From Hypanus sabinus (Eukaryota): a DNA stretch of 64,000 nt. The DNA is taken from positions 1 to 64,000 of the forward strand of contig NW_026779567.1 of NCBI RefSeq assembly GCF_030144855.1, read 5' to 3'. This document shows positions 11,292 to 23,939 of this stretch, piece after piece (within the stretch, counting starts at the first letter, position 1; each line of letters starts with the position of its first letter). Below the pieces are notes generated by a model, which worked only from the letters and a program-made list of their open reading frames with translations, ran no database searches and was not told the DNA's origin. Made by a program: the position numbers and the translations under genes.

Positions 11292-11864
11292 TGATGAAGG
11301 GAAAGGTAAACTTAGGTAGAAGGATAGGTAGATGGGGGAATGGATTAAGGGGTATGATTAGCTTATGAACAATAGTCTTATAGGTACCTTATGTTACTGA
11401 TCAGTCAGAAAGGAACTCCACCCGGCAACAGGTGACGCACTAGGCATGTTCGGTAAAAGTGCTTAGCATAACTAAATATGGGTATGGTATGATTGAATGG
11501 ACATCTTAAGGCATAACTAAATATGGGACATCATGTTCGAGAGCAGGGGGAAATGTCAGGGGGAGTTACCAATATGAGCAAGTTTGGCTGCATCCAGGCT
11601 GGCCTTGGCAAGAATAATTATAACTAACCAATAATGATTTTACATCTAATTGTATCTTAGCATGAGATTGAAATTATTCTAAAACTGTATTAACTCAAGT
11701 AATTATAATATTTCCTGTAATGATTGCTGTTATAAATTGTGTGGAATTGTGTTCGGGGGAGGTCAGTGTCTCTTTGGGAGAACATCTGTAACTCCCCCCA
11801 TATTATGGTTTTATTGAATTCATGGTACCTTGCGTTATTGCATCGGGTCGATCCGCCTTTGACA
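11292..11864 (+). mobile_element. Probable ERV-type solo LTR in NLR intron 4
   Basis: ~570 bp with TG...CA ends (TGATGAAGGG...CCTTTGACA) and TATAAA near 11732; interrupts LINE-like flanking sequence. TSD not clear. Confidence 0.5.
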
Positions 11865-12479
11865 GTTGGAGGTGTTGATCAGTCTTACTGCTTGGGAAAA
11901 GTTACTGAATTTGAGTCTGGTTGCCCGTCTGTTAATGCTATGTAGTCTGCCCCCTCACCGGAGAGGGGCAAACTGCCCATACCAGGATAGGTGGTAACCC
12001 TCCTGATGCTGCTGGCCCTTTTCCGGAGCCTTTCTGTATGTACGTCCCTGATAGAAGGTAGGCTGGGGGTGCCGGTGATGCACTGGGCAGTTTTGACAAC
12101 CCGTTGTAGGGCCTTTCAGTCCGCCACAGATATGCAGCATGTTGGCCTGTCCTCTGCAGCACAGCTGTAGAAGGACTGGAGTGTAGATGTGAGTACAGAT
12201 CAGACAACTTCTGTGGAAAGGGGAGAAAGGGGAGATGCTACCGGTCTGTGACTTGAAATACAAGTTTGAAAACCATGCCGATTACAGGTCGGGTGGTGTA
12301 GAAGAGAGCAGAGACAGAGGAACTTTGGTAGCAGGTGGTTCAGGATTTCAGCTGTCACAGGTCCTGCTTAGAACATAGAACAGCACAGGAATAGGCCCTT
12401 CGGCCCACAACATTGATGCCAGCATAATGCCACATTAAACTCGGATGTTTAAACATTCAACCCGTTTAGATTACAGTCT

Positions 12480-14290
12480 GTAGTATCGTTCCTTTTACCA
12501 AAATGCATTATCATATGCTTTCCAACAATGTAGTCCATCTGCCAGGTTTTGTCCATTCTTCTAATTTGTCTAAGTCTTGCTGCAATCGCATTGCTCCCTC
12601 AGAAATACCGATCCCTCCACCTATCTTCGTATGATCTGTAACCTTTGCCACAAAACCATCAGTTCCATGATCTAAATCATTAACAAACAATTTGAAAAGT
12701 AGCGGACCCAATACTGACCCCTGAGGAAAGCCGGCAGCCAACCAGAAAAGATTCCTTTTATTCCCACTTGCTGCCCCCTGCCTGTCGGCCATTCCGCTGT
12801 CCATGCCAGTATCTTTCCTGTAACGCCGTTGGAGTTTATCTTGTTAAGCAGCCTCATGTATGGCAACATATCAAACGCCTTCTGAAATCCAAGTAAACGA
12901 GATCCTCTGCCTCTCCTTTGTACACCCTGCTTCGTATTTATTCAATGAACTCTAGCAAATTCGTAAAGCAAGATTTGCCTTCATATAAATTATCTTGATT
13001 TTGACTTATTTTATCATTAGGCTCTAAATACCTCGAAACCTGAACATTAATAATTGAATGGAATTGACTTTATTTCTTACATCCTTCACATACATGAGGA
13101 GTAAAAATCGTTACGTTACGTCTCCATCTAAATTTGCAATCAGAGTAAACATAGCAATCCGTATGTGCAATCCCAGAAATTTAAAATAATTTATAGTCTC
13201 CAACAGTTTCCCAATCACTTCGGTTAGGCTAACTGGCCTATAGTTTCACAAACAAGAGAAAATCTGCAGATGCTGGAAATCCAAGCAACACACACAGACT
13301 GTTGGAGGAACTCAGCAGGCCAGGCAGCATCTATGGGACAGTTGACGTTTTGGGCCGAGATCCGTCAGCGGGACTGGAGGTAAAAGGCTGAGGAGAAGAT
13401 TTGAAAGCTGGGGTGGGGGGAGGAGAGAAATGTCAGGCGATAGGTGAAACTTGGATGGGAAGGGATGAAGCAAAGCGCTAGGAAGTTGATTCTTGATAGA
13501 GACAGAAGGCCCTGGAAGAAAGGTGGCAAGGAGATAACACGAGAGAAGTACGAGGGCATGGGGAACGGTGAAGGGGGAGCGGAAGCTTCACTGGAAGATT
13601 GAGAAATCGATATTCATGCCATCAGGTTGGAGGCTACCCAAACGGAACATAAGGTGGTGTTCCTCCAACCTGAGTGTGACCTTATCCCGAGATTGGAAGA
13701 GGCCATTGATTGACATATTGGAATGGGAATGGGAAGTGGAAATAAAATGGGTGGCCTCTGGAGATCCCGTTTGTTCTGGCGGACACAGCGTAGATGCTCG
13801 GTCTCACAGTCTACGTCGTGTCTCACCGATGTACAAGAGGCCACACCGAGATCATCTACCCCTCCCTCTGGTGTTCTCCCCACCCCCTTTTTTTCCTTTT
13901 CTCCATGGCCTTCTGTCTCTTTCATTAAACAACCTCCCAGCTCTTCGCTCATCCCTCCCCTTCAAAGTTTCACCTACCACCTGGCGTTTCTCTCTCCCCC
14001 CCCACCCCCGCCCTCCACCTTTCAACCCGACTCCTCAGCGTTTTATCTCCAGTCCCACCGGATTTTCTCAGGCCGAAACGTTGACTGCATTTTCTCCATA
14101 GATGCTGTCTGGTCTGTTGAGTTTCTCCATCATTTTCTGTGTGTTTGCCGATAATTTCAATTCTTTCGCTTTCTTCATGTTTTTTGTTGCCTTTTGTTAG
14201 ATTTTAAAAGTTTCCCAATCAACTAAGTTCCCACTCACTTTCGCTACATTATATTGCATTTCCTTTTCATTTATGCAGTCCCTAGATTCC
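12480..14290 (-). mobile_element. CR1 LINE ORF2 fragments (interrupted by Penelope)
   Basis: PQGSVLGPLLF...AKVTDHTKIGG...LQQDLDKLEEW in ORF 12511..12804. Confidence 0.8.
13249..14150 (-). mobile_element. Penelope-like element: GIY-YIG C-terminus with an inverted pseudo-LTR
   Basis: 13590-13850 minus gives frameshifted GLLYIGETRRRL..EHLR..VRLEEHHLMFRLGSLQPDGMNIDFSI. Termini are inverted copies. Imperfect TSD ATAGTTTCA/ATAATTTCA. Confidence 0.8.
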
Positions 14291-14544
14291 TCCTAGGGGT
14301 TCATTTACATTCATCTCCCTAATAAATCTGATCTCACAGTCTGTCAGGACCATAATAGAGGTGTGTGGGATCTCACAGTGTGTCAGGACCCTGTGTGGGC
14401 TCCTGACCCTGTGTATGTGTGGGGTCTCCATTCAATGTATTCGGCTGTGATGGGGAGCGTAGTAAAACAGTGATTGTGGACATACTTACTTTAGAGAATG
14501 TGACAGTGGCAGAAATTATGTTCTTCAATAATCAGTCGATACTC

Positions 14545-14705
14545 TGTCTGGCTGAAGCTGAGGTGAGGACGACCCTGACCAGAGTCAACCCATCCAGAAC
14601 TGCAGGGCCCGATAATATACCAGGTGGGGTTCTGAAAGACTGGGCAGCCCAGCTAACTGAGTTGCTGACAGATATATTCAACATCTCTCTGGAACAGTCC
14701 ATATT
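14545..14705 (+). mobile_element. Rex1/Babar LINE RT N-terminal fragment
   Basis: EVRTTLTRVNPSRTAGPDNIPGGVLKDWAAQLTELLTDIFNISL. Confidence 0.75.
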
Positions 14706-15979
14706 TCACAGTTGTGTCTGCTCTCTCGGCAAACAACTTGAGGAAAAGTGAAGAACAGGGTTGCAGCAATTTACCAAATCCATGGTGCAGGGAAACTGAG
14801 GGGTTTCATTGACCGGATGTGAACTGGAACAGCATTAACAGTGGTGACAGGGACTTGAGTAGTTTGTAAGCTTCTATCAATGGACCCATATTTAAATTAT
14901 CGTCTTTGCGATTTGTTTGTGTAAATGAGAGAGACTGAACCAGGGTTCTGTCCAGGATTCCTTATATTTCTATTAAAAGTTTCTAATAATCAGATAAAAC
15001 ATGAGCTGATGCAATATTAATATGTTTTGTGATATTTGTCTTTCCTACGCTCTTTCCTCTGTTAAATGTGCAGTTGGGTGATCTAACTCAGTCTGCAGTG
15101 ATGAAGCCTCACAATCTCTGAGCCCATGCACTGCCCCGGGCTCCGTTTTCACAGACAAGACGGGCTTATGGATGTAGTGAAGTTTCCAATCCAAATGGTC
15201 ACAATATAACTAATTGCAATACTATTTATAGATATTTTCAGTCCTTTGCAATTTTCTTGCCGCGATCCCACAACCCTGGGTTTCCCTGTCCTAATTCCCA
15301 TTTCTCACCCTCCCACAGTGTCCATCACACAACACCGGCAGACAGGAATTTCAGCTTCTGTGGACTGAGCTGAGGAATATGTCCCCCAGTCTCACCCTCT
15401 GTTATACTGTAGCAGTGATTGTACTAGGGAGTGTATATGTGAACACAGTGTGTTCATATGCTACTCTGTGGTTGAACAGACCAGTTGGGATGTTACCCGG
15501 TTTTCTAATTAAAGTGATGCTATTATTACTATTCTGTGACTGGAATTTCAGTGACACCCAACTCTAAGAAACGATAATCTGCAGGAACCGGGGGATTTTA
15601 GAAACTGGTTAAGGGTGAGGCTGTTCAGGAGGGGCACTGGCTGACAAGGGAAGGTTTTGACTTTTTGGTGTGAGGAAATATAAGTTGTTTATGTTTTTTT
15701 CCTTTCTCCAGATCGCCCCCTTCTCCACTCAGACTCCGGTGGAGAGATCTGTATTTGCAGGCCCCAGAGCGGTCTGACCACTTTCCTCAAACTCGGCAGA
15801 TCTCTGTCCCTTTACTCAAATGTCCTTTAAAAACTCTCCCTCTACCAAACACGTTTCCCTGTGCTCTCTGTGCTCCCTGTCACAGTGCCAACATTTACAT
15901 GGTCAGATCCGCATGGCGGAACAACTTAGAGGCCCTGCCCAAATTACAACCGCTGGTGGAGACAGAGGTCAAGTTTCAA

Positions 15980-16550
15980 CTTGATGAACTCTGCTTAGGC
16001 CTTGTCTGGACCAGTGCGTAACACTCTGATCACCCCACTACCGGAGGGATTGTGACGCTTTAGAGAGGGAGCAGAAGAGGTTTACCAGGATACTGCCTGG
16101 TTCAGAGGGCGTGTGCTATCATGAGAGGCAGGATAAAATTAGTTTGTTTTCCCTGGATCATCAGAGGCTGAGGGAAGCTCAGACACAGGTAGACAACATT
16201 ATGGGAGGCATAGATAGAGTAGACAGAGAGAATTGGTTTGTCGCGGTTGAAATGTCTAATACCAGAGGGAATACTTTGAAGTTGAGAGTGTGCAGAATGA
16301 ATGGGGATGTCAGGGATAATCAGAGAGTCGTGGTTGCCTGGAACACATTGCCCTGTAAGATGATAGAGGCAAATTATTAAAAGCTTTTAAGAGACGTTTG
16401 GACAGGCACATGGATGTAAGAAGGATGGAGGCATAGGGACATGGTGTAGGAGGGATAGGTTAGTGATTGATATGTTTGATTTACATCTTAGCTCTTTCGG
16501 AACAATATTATTTGCCTTATGGCTTATTCCAGTGTTATAATCTTCAATGT
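15980..16550 (+). mobile_element. CR1 LINE 3' end
   Basis: LFSLDHQRLREA...SNTRGNTLKL...QRVVVAWNTLP. Confidence 0.8.
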
Positions 16551-16569
16551 TCAAAGCACATTCACTTAC

Positions 16570-16635
16570 CTTTCAGCTCACTGAGAACCTCTTGTAAAAG
16601 TTGACCGGGATTTGGTCGATGGGAGGGATCACAAC
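16570..16635 (-). CDS. NLR exon 4 (66-bp linker)
   Basis: aatcag| ... |gtaagt; phase 1-1; CDPSHRPNPGQLLQEVLSELK. Confidence 0.75.
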
Positions 16636-16734
16636 CTGATTGAATTTAAACAAATTGAGGAAATCATTTTCGTAAAATTGTAAAGTGAGCTGTGTTGCGA
16701 TCCAAATTTAAATTAATGTCTGATGTTATCTCAC

Positions 16735-16906
16735 CATATATCTGTATTTCCTTCAGTATTTTGTCCAAATTTGGGACACCAATCCGCATTTTCACAAAGG
16801 TTTCCCACATCACCCTCTGGGCACGGGAGCCTTTCTCCATCACCAGGCTCAGGAGGAGTTTAGAACTGTCCGCCCGCTCTCCCTTATCAGCGAGATCAGA
16901 GATTTT
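16735..16906 (-). CDS. NLR exon 3 (death-fold/CARD-like, C-terminal half)
   Basis: cttcacag| ... |gtgaga; KISDLADKGERADSSKLLLSLVMEKGSRAQRVMWETFVKMRIGVPNLDKILKEIQIY. The LL.LV..KG..A...F pattern is CARD-like. Confidence 0.82.
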
Positions 16907-17818
16907 CTGTGAAGAGTAACGGTGAACATATTGGGGACTGACAGATTCACACAGAGAATGAGAAGTAAATGATGTGCTGTGTAACGGGATCAGACTGAGC
17001 AGTCACCCGGACGGGTGCTGAACCTGCCTGGACATGGACTGTACATTCTGAGTACAAAGCACAGGGAGGGACATTCACCGTGAACCTGGTCCACCAGTCA
17101 ATGAGATCCTGGCTGGTCTGTGACCGCTTCATTGACGTGGCTCCAAATCCATAAATAACTCCTCACTGGATTTGACGGTGTAAAACAGAAATCATAAAAT
17201 AACGATCACAGATGAAGAAATAAAACAGGAGGGTTTTTACAACGGAGTGGACAATCGCAGGGAAGTTGCACAAAAGGTGATATGATTCATCTCCTCAATC
17301 TGCCAGTGATAGCGGATTACTGGCTGACACTTGACACCTTTCCTTTGCCTTTTCCAGTGGAGGTTTATTCTGTGATTACACATTACAACAGTGCAGTATT
17401 CCCCGATCCACACAGTTTGGAGTTGCAGATCGTAACACAATCATCTCCACCCAGAACAGGGCACACTCGAGCTCCTCTGGCACCCACAGGTGATGCCCTG
17501 GTTCTCACTGACATCCTGCCGCCATGCTGCATGTTATTCCCAAACCGAAACCTCCCGTCATACTTCCATTTCATACTGTAAGCACACACAACTGTTACTT
17601 GCTCAACTCACTCTGAACACTGAGCAGCTACCCAGCAGTCCACGTGGTCTCTTCACCCCTTTCTATCACTGGTTCAGATTCACATGTGTGCGATTGCATG
17701 TACAGTATTTGTTTCCCAGTTGTTCTTTTGTCTAATTTAATATCCGATGAGTCAGAGCTCCAACACCCATCAGTCCTGTGATGTGTGAAAATTCAAACCC
17801 ATTCCCCCTTCCACTCAC

Positions 17819-17985
17819 CCGATGTTCCTCTCCACTGAACTGATTATCGGCCGTTAACGCCAGACTCACTCCGTGCACCCCTCCTTCCATCGCCAGCTCC
17901 AGCCTGTCCCGGTAGAAGTCCGTCAACTGCAGCAGCTGGAAATCGTCCCAGCTTGCCAGGAGCTCGCTGATCACTGAGCACGGGA
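17819..17985 (-). CDS. NLR exon 2 (death-fold/CARD-like, N-terminal half)
   Basis: cttcacag| ... |gtgagt; PCSVISELLASWDDFQLLQLTDFYRDRLELAMEGGVHGVSLALTADNQFSGEEHR. Confidence 0.82.
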
Positions 17986-18835
17986 CTGTGAAGCACAATG
18001 GGGAAATTAAATAAATTACTGACGCCATATTGGGCAGTAACTTTCTCTCTGGAAACTAAAGACCACCAAACTCAGTCCAAAATATGCATATGCAGGTGGG
18101 GAGGTGGTAGGAGGAATGGGCTTGTGGTGGTGCCAGGGGCATAGGAGAGGGTATAGTTCCATGTGTTGAAGCTGCTCTTTCGTGTCCCCGGGAATATACC
18201 GCTCTGTTTGGAAAGGAATCTGCTTATTCCTGAGAATATAGTAAGCCATCACCATCACTCTCCTGGTACTGCCCATCACCACCGCTTTGCTCTGGTTGGC
18301 TGTCTGCCTGCCTGGTCAAGCCCTTCCTTGGAAAATCTCTGGAGAAACTCACAAAATGCTGGAGGTACTCAGCATGTCATGCAGCATCTATGGTGGAGAA
18401 TAAACGGTCAAAATTGCAGGCCAAGGCCCTTCATCGGACTGGAAATAAGGGGACAGAAATTCTAGGTATTGCCACATTACTTTCTATTCCTTGCGGTCCT
18501 AATCCAAAACTTCAAATGTTTATTCTTCTCCACGGATGCTGCCTGACCTACTGAGTTTTGCGAATATATTATGTGTCTTCTCATTGCCCAAATATTTCAG
18601 CATCTGGAGAATGTCTTGTCTTCTGGAGTAACCCGCTATTTTAATGGGCATCACAATCTGCTAGAGGAGCAGGAGCAGACGGTAACTGTACTCCTTCCAC
18701 ATGTGTCTGTGATTCCCCCGGAGATGTTAACTTCTCTCCCATCTCTCTGCTCAGTTTTGTGAAATGCCGCTATGAATTAAACCCAGACGCAGACTCAGCA
18801 GAGTATTTATAAATTAAAATAATTCGACAACATGC

Positions 18836-18896
18836 CCGTGTCCTTTCCCGATGGTGACTTCACTGGATCTCCTCCACTGCTCGGAGCTTGACTCAT
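18836..18896 (-). CDS. NLR first coding exon (MSQAPSSGGDPVKSPSGKDT) with a GC donor
   Basis: Acceptor tgttacag| at 18928; AAAATGA start at 18896; phase-1 end ACGG|gcatgt matches the phase of exon 2. Confidence 0.6.
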
Positions 18897-20109
18897 TTTG
18901 AGGACAGGTGTGATCAGTTTTTGATGCTCTGTAACAAACAAAAAGTGGGTCAGATATTAATTGGGGTTTAAAGGAGTACCCCGTTTTGTTTTTAAACAGA
19001 GTCAAACACCTCCAAACATCTTGGACCTGTCCACTGAAGCCTTGACAGGGCCTGGTCCACCTGCGCCCATCCACCCACAGTCTCACAATGTCCATTTCCA
19101 CTCCCTCCATGGACTGTACACTGGACCAGGTTTCTCCAGGGTATCTTCTCGCTATATTGCAGGCAATTCGCTTTTAGGAACCAGTCTTGTATCCTGGACT
19201 GGCAGTGATGTGTCAATGGAATGACAAGCCAGACTGAGCAGAGAGCGCCCACTGCTTTGGTCCTCCTACCACTGGTGGCGCTATGGAGAGTAATGGACAG
19301 CTGTTACAGCAGTGTGGGGTGAATCATTTCTGCTGACCAAAGGGACATCTACTCCTCTCGTCACTGAATTATACAGATTTCTCAGTCATACCTGATTCTC
19401 ACCCTTTCAGTTTAACATCCCCTGGCATTGACACCTATGGCAATACACGGGTTGAGTCTATACAGAGACACTCTGACATCCCAAACAATGTAATGCCACA
19501 TATACCATTACAACATCTTGTCCTGAACCACCACATTTTCTCTGGCAGGACTTTAAGACCATTATTATCACATAAACTCGGTCACGATTTCTTTGACCAT
19601 ATCACCTATTATCAGACAATTACATGGCACCTTGTTAAGCACAATGTAGACCCACAATATATCCGAAACAGCAAGTTTGGAAAAGAATATTTGACATATA
19701 TAAAACAAAATGCTGGAATTATTCAACAAGACATACAGTATGTGAATATTTCAGGTGGAAGCCCCTGTATCAGAAACGCAAAGGGAATCAGTTATACATT
19801 TGTTCTTTATTCTGTGCGGTACACAGCTGGGGACTGACGGAAGTCATCTCTGTTGTTATTATTATCTCAAACACGCTGGACTTATACTTGGGTATACTTC
19901 AGTTTCATCGCTTCAAGATTGTATGTTTGCTGATTGCTAAGAAAGGATTGAGTACATATCACCGACATTTGCAACAATCATCGCTGGAGCTGAGAGGACG
20001 CCATAACAAATCCGTGGCGTACCAGGCAACGCACATTAGTTTGGTTAGAATTCACTGCCGCATCCTCAACAGATGTTTCTCAATCAGCCGATCATTTAAA
20101 ATATTCTGA

Positions 20110-21650
20110 TGTAATTAATGAATACTTTGCTTCATTATTCACAGGTGAAAAGGACCTTGGACGTTGTGGGGATGACTTACAGTGGACTGAAACACTTGAG
20201 TACATAGACTTTAAGAAAGAGGATGTGCTGGGGCTTTTGAAATTCATCAAGTTTGATAAGTTGCCGGGACTGGATGAGATATACGCCAGGCTACTACGGG
20301 AACCAAGGGAGGAGATTACTGAGCCTCTGGTGATGATCTTTTCATCATCAATAGGGATGGGAGAATTACCAGAGGATTGAAGGTTGCAAATCTTGTCCCC
20401 TTGTTCAAGACGTGGAATAGAGATAACCCAGGAAATTATAGACCAGTGAGTCTTACTTCAGTTGTGGACAAGTTTTGGAGAAGATCCTGAGAGGGTTTAT
20501 GAACATTTGGACAGGCATAATCTGATTAGGGATAGTCAGCATAGCTTTGCCGAGGGCAGGTCATGCTTTATGAACCTGATTGAGTTCTTTGAGGATGTAA
20601 AAAAACACATTGATGAAGGTAGAGCAGTGAAAGTACTGTATATGGATTTCATTAAGAGGTTAGCTGAGGTTTCCCATTGAAAGCTCATTCAGAAAATAAT
20701 GAGTATGTAATCCAAGGAGACATTGCTTTGTGAATCCAGAACAGGCATGCACACAGAAGGCAAAGGACGGTTGTAGATGGTTTGTATTCTGCATGAATGA
20801 TGGTGACAAATAGTGTTCACCCATTCTCTTTGTGATTTTTACAAATGACTTGGATGAGAAAGTTGAAGGATGGGTTAGTAAGTTTGCTGATGACACAAAA
20901 GTTGGGAGTGTTGTGGATCGTCTGCAGGGTTGTCAGATATTACAGTGCAATTTCGATAGGATGCAGAACTGGGCAGAGAAGTGGCAGATGGAGTTCAATA
21001 CTGAGAAGCGTGAAGTGGGTCAGTTCGGTAGTTAAAATTTGAAGACAGTAAATATTAATGGTAAGACGCTTGGCAAAGTGAAGGATCAGTAAGATCTTGG
21101 GTTCTGTGTCGATAGAACACCTAAAGCTGCTGCCCACGGTGACAGTGTTGTTAAGAAATCATATGGTGTGTTGACATTCATCAGCCATGGGATTGAGTTC
21201 AAGAGCGTGAGGTAATGTTACAGCTATATATGACCTTGATTACACTCCTTTTGGGGGGTACTGTGTTCACTTCTGGTCACCTCTCTACAGGAAACAGTAT
21301 GGATGCTATAGAGAGCGCATAGAGGATATTTACAAGGATGTTGACTGGATTGGGGAGCATGTCTGATAAGAATAGTTTGAGTGAACTTCGCCTTTTCTCC
21401 TTGAAGCAACGCAGGATGAGATGTGGCCTGACAGAGATGCATAAGATGAGGGATTTGTTGCATCGATAGCCAGAGGCTTTTTCCCAGTGTTGAAATGGAT
21501 AAAAAGAGGGAGCATAGTATTAATGTGCTTGGAGGTAAGTGCAAGGAAGATGTCAGGGGTAAGTTTTTTTTAACATTGTTTGGTGGGTGTGTGGGAAGCA
21601 CTGGCAGTGACGATGGGAGAGGCGGATACAACAGGTACATAGCACGTATC
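20110..21650 (+). mobile_element. CR1 LINE ORF2 (degraded); 3' tail resumes at ~22670-22750
   Basis: NYRPVSLTS, SQHSFAEGRSCFMNLIEFFEDV, SKFADDTKVG, WAEKWQMEFN. Confidence 0.9.
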
Positions 21651-21658
21651 AAAATAAA

Positions 21659-22378
21659 GGGCATGGTCCGGATCCGTTCCCCTTTAAATTTAGTTTGGTT
21701 GCATTATAATCCGGACCATTGACTCCTCATTCGCTTCTAATCCCGTTTCACGTGTCCCTTGAGCTTGGCCATTAGGGTAATTTACATTTGACCCAAACCG
21801 GCAGCTTATAAGCCCCTCGTTTTAGCTGTTCGGGGCGAGAGCGTTATGAAGCATTAGCAAGTCACCGTCGCCGCCACAGGTCAGGGTTATCCACCCCCAC
21901 ATTGCAGTGCCGGAAATTCGCCTTCCTTCGCCAGGGTGGGTCCGGGCAAGCTCAACTGCCAGGGGTGAGTTTGAAGGTGGGAGTCCTGGCTCGATGTTCC
22001 GTGTCCAGCCCTCGAAGAACAGTCCCGGCTCGATACCTGACCTGAAAGCGGAGTCCTGGCTCGGTGTGTCAGGTCCAAGTGTCCACGTCTCTGGCTGGGG
22101 CGATTCAAGGCCCTAGTTTCCAGGCCCAAGGTCCGCGGCAATCCAAGTTCCCTGTCTCCAAGCCCAGGGTCCCAGTCATGGCCGCGACGATCCACGTCCC
22201 CAGTTTCCAGGTCCGCGGTCCCTAGCTTCCTAGCCCAAAGTTCGTGTTCCCCTTGACCTACTCGATTTCCCGTTTCTCTGTGTAGCGAGCAATAAACGCT
22301 ATTTTATTGAACCAAAAGAGACGTGTTTGTGTCCAGCTTGTGGGTCCTCTCCCAGCACCCTTGCCCTCACCTTGTAAA
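21659..22378 (+). mobile_element. Probable Gypsy-type solo LTR
   Basis: Interrupts CR1; TATAA near 21808, internal short GC-rich repeats, AATAAA at 22291, decayed TGTAACA-like end. Confidence 0.5.
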
Positions 22379-22749
22379 AAAACCTGGGGGGAAGGTGGAA
22401 AACCAATCCTGATCGAAAAGTGCTTTTACAACAGATTTGAAACTTTCCACTGCCTCCGCTGACAAATTATTTTTTCGTATAAAGGGTAGAATAGCATTGG
22501 TCTTCTTGTGGTGGGGTGGAACGTGCAAGTCCTGCATTTTTTTATATCACCCACAAGACAGAAACAGGAGTACGTTTCAACAGATGCTGTCCGACCTGCT
22601 GAGTTCCTGTAGCTTGTATGTATGTGTTGATTTGACCACAGCATCTGCAGTATACTTTGTTTAATTTCTAGTGTAGGTTACATGGTCAGCACAACAATGT
22701 GGTCTGAAGATTGGCCTGTTATGTGCTGAAGATTTCTATTCCTATGTTC

Positions 22750-23900
22750 TTTACATTTGACCTACCGAGGTGCCAAAGATGGCCATCACTAATCTAATCT
22801 CACTGAGTTATCTCAGGTCCTGTTGAATTTATTGCCAAGTGAGCAAGTACAGTAAGTACAGGTACAGAGAAACGCTGGTGTGTAGCAGGATTGCAAGCAA
22901 GTACATTCAGATAACACACAGAACAGCGACTATACAATTCTGTGTCACTAACAATATGAAAGTACAGTCTGCCAGAGTTTGCCCCCAACGTGGAGAATAT
23001 CTTTACTCATCACCATCCTGGGCTCAGACGAGCCACTCATGTCCCTTCCCCATTGTTAATGGGCTCCGTCCCCCATCCTACTCCTTGATCACCTCTCGGA
23101 CTCCAACCTATCCAACCTCTCACACCACATTTATTCCCTTTGCCTCCTCCTGCTGGGATCACTCCCTCCCCAGGGAAGCCATCATCAACCGATGGGCTGA
23201 GCAGTCTCCTCACAATTCTCAGCGATACATCAGACACTGGCCACAGGAGATACTTCAGAATCATCCTCAACTTGCCTTGGAGGAAAATGGATATAATTTA
23301 AAATGCTGGACATCAGAATTGTTCCGCTTTGTCGGTGAGTACCACCCGGGAGCGGGAGTCGATATCAGTGGGGGTAATGCCCTCTCGGCTGGTCTGCCTC
23401 TACTATTGGGTGCAACTAGTGATTGACATCTCTTCGCATGGGAAGAATGCAATTCCTCTGTTGACTATGGAGTGGGATGGGTTGGTCAGGTAATTGTTAG
23501 CTTAGCAGGTAAAGTTCAACTGTCTCAGCGCCAGTGTGACGAAAGGAACTGAAGACGGGACGTAAGGCATGTGGTGGCGCAGATGGGCGTCAGATCCAGT
23601 TGTGGGGAACCCATACGTGACATTAGGCATATAGGCTGCAAACTGTTGCCAGATCCCAGTGTGGTGTCGCAGAGAGACGTCTCGTGTGAGTGAGAGCTTG
23701 TTTTCAAAAGCTGTTCAATGAACTTTTTTTTTAAAGATTTCAGTGGAAAAAAGAAGGAGAATTAACAGGATTCATCACTGAAGCCAGTGTTGTGTTAGGG
23801 AACGTCCCCTGCTATGTGCCGGCTTCCCCATGTTGTTGATGGAGTGGGCAGTGTGGCCTCTTTTTGAGTTGGGTCCCCAAACCTCAGATGTTTCTGGTGA
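22750..23900. repeat. Segmental-duplication module copy (homologous to 51830-52020, 53700-54480 and 28500-29200)
   Basis: Shared strings such as GATACATCAGAC.C.GGCC.CAGGAGA, TTGTTCCGC, GCCCTCTCGGCT, TTCATCACTGAA.CCAGTGTTGTG. Confidence 0.75.
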
Positions 23901-23939
23901 GGACTTACCAGTGTGATCTGATCTGAGGTGGTTCAGTCA

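Larger units (their letters stand above)
4453..18896 (-). pseudogene. NLR-family receptor (death-fold/CARD-like + FISNA-like + NACHT + LRR; NLRP3/NLRP12/NLRC3-like), 11 coding exons, one premature TAG
   Basis: Exons 18896-18836, 17985-17819, 16906-16735, 16635-16570, 10429-8707, 6582-6496, 6366-6196, 6041-5871, 5325-5155, 5020-4853 and 4540-4453 sum to 3045 nt with compatible phases. Walker A GAPGIGKT, Walker B LLFIFDGLDE. In-frame TAG at 9657-9659. Confidence 0.9.

Noticed and set aside
14470-14520. Extra NLR exon ending at a minus-strand GTAAGT donor near 14490
   Set aside because: No acceptor or coherent frame upstream (Rex fragment), and exon 4 already joins exon 5 in phase.
22839-23426. 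195-aa plus-strand ORF
   Set aside because: Lies in a duplicated non-coding module; no motifs, and the paralogous copies show no matching ORF.
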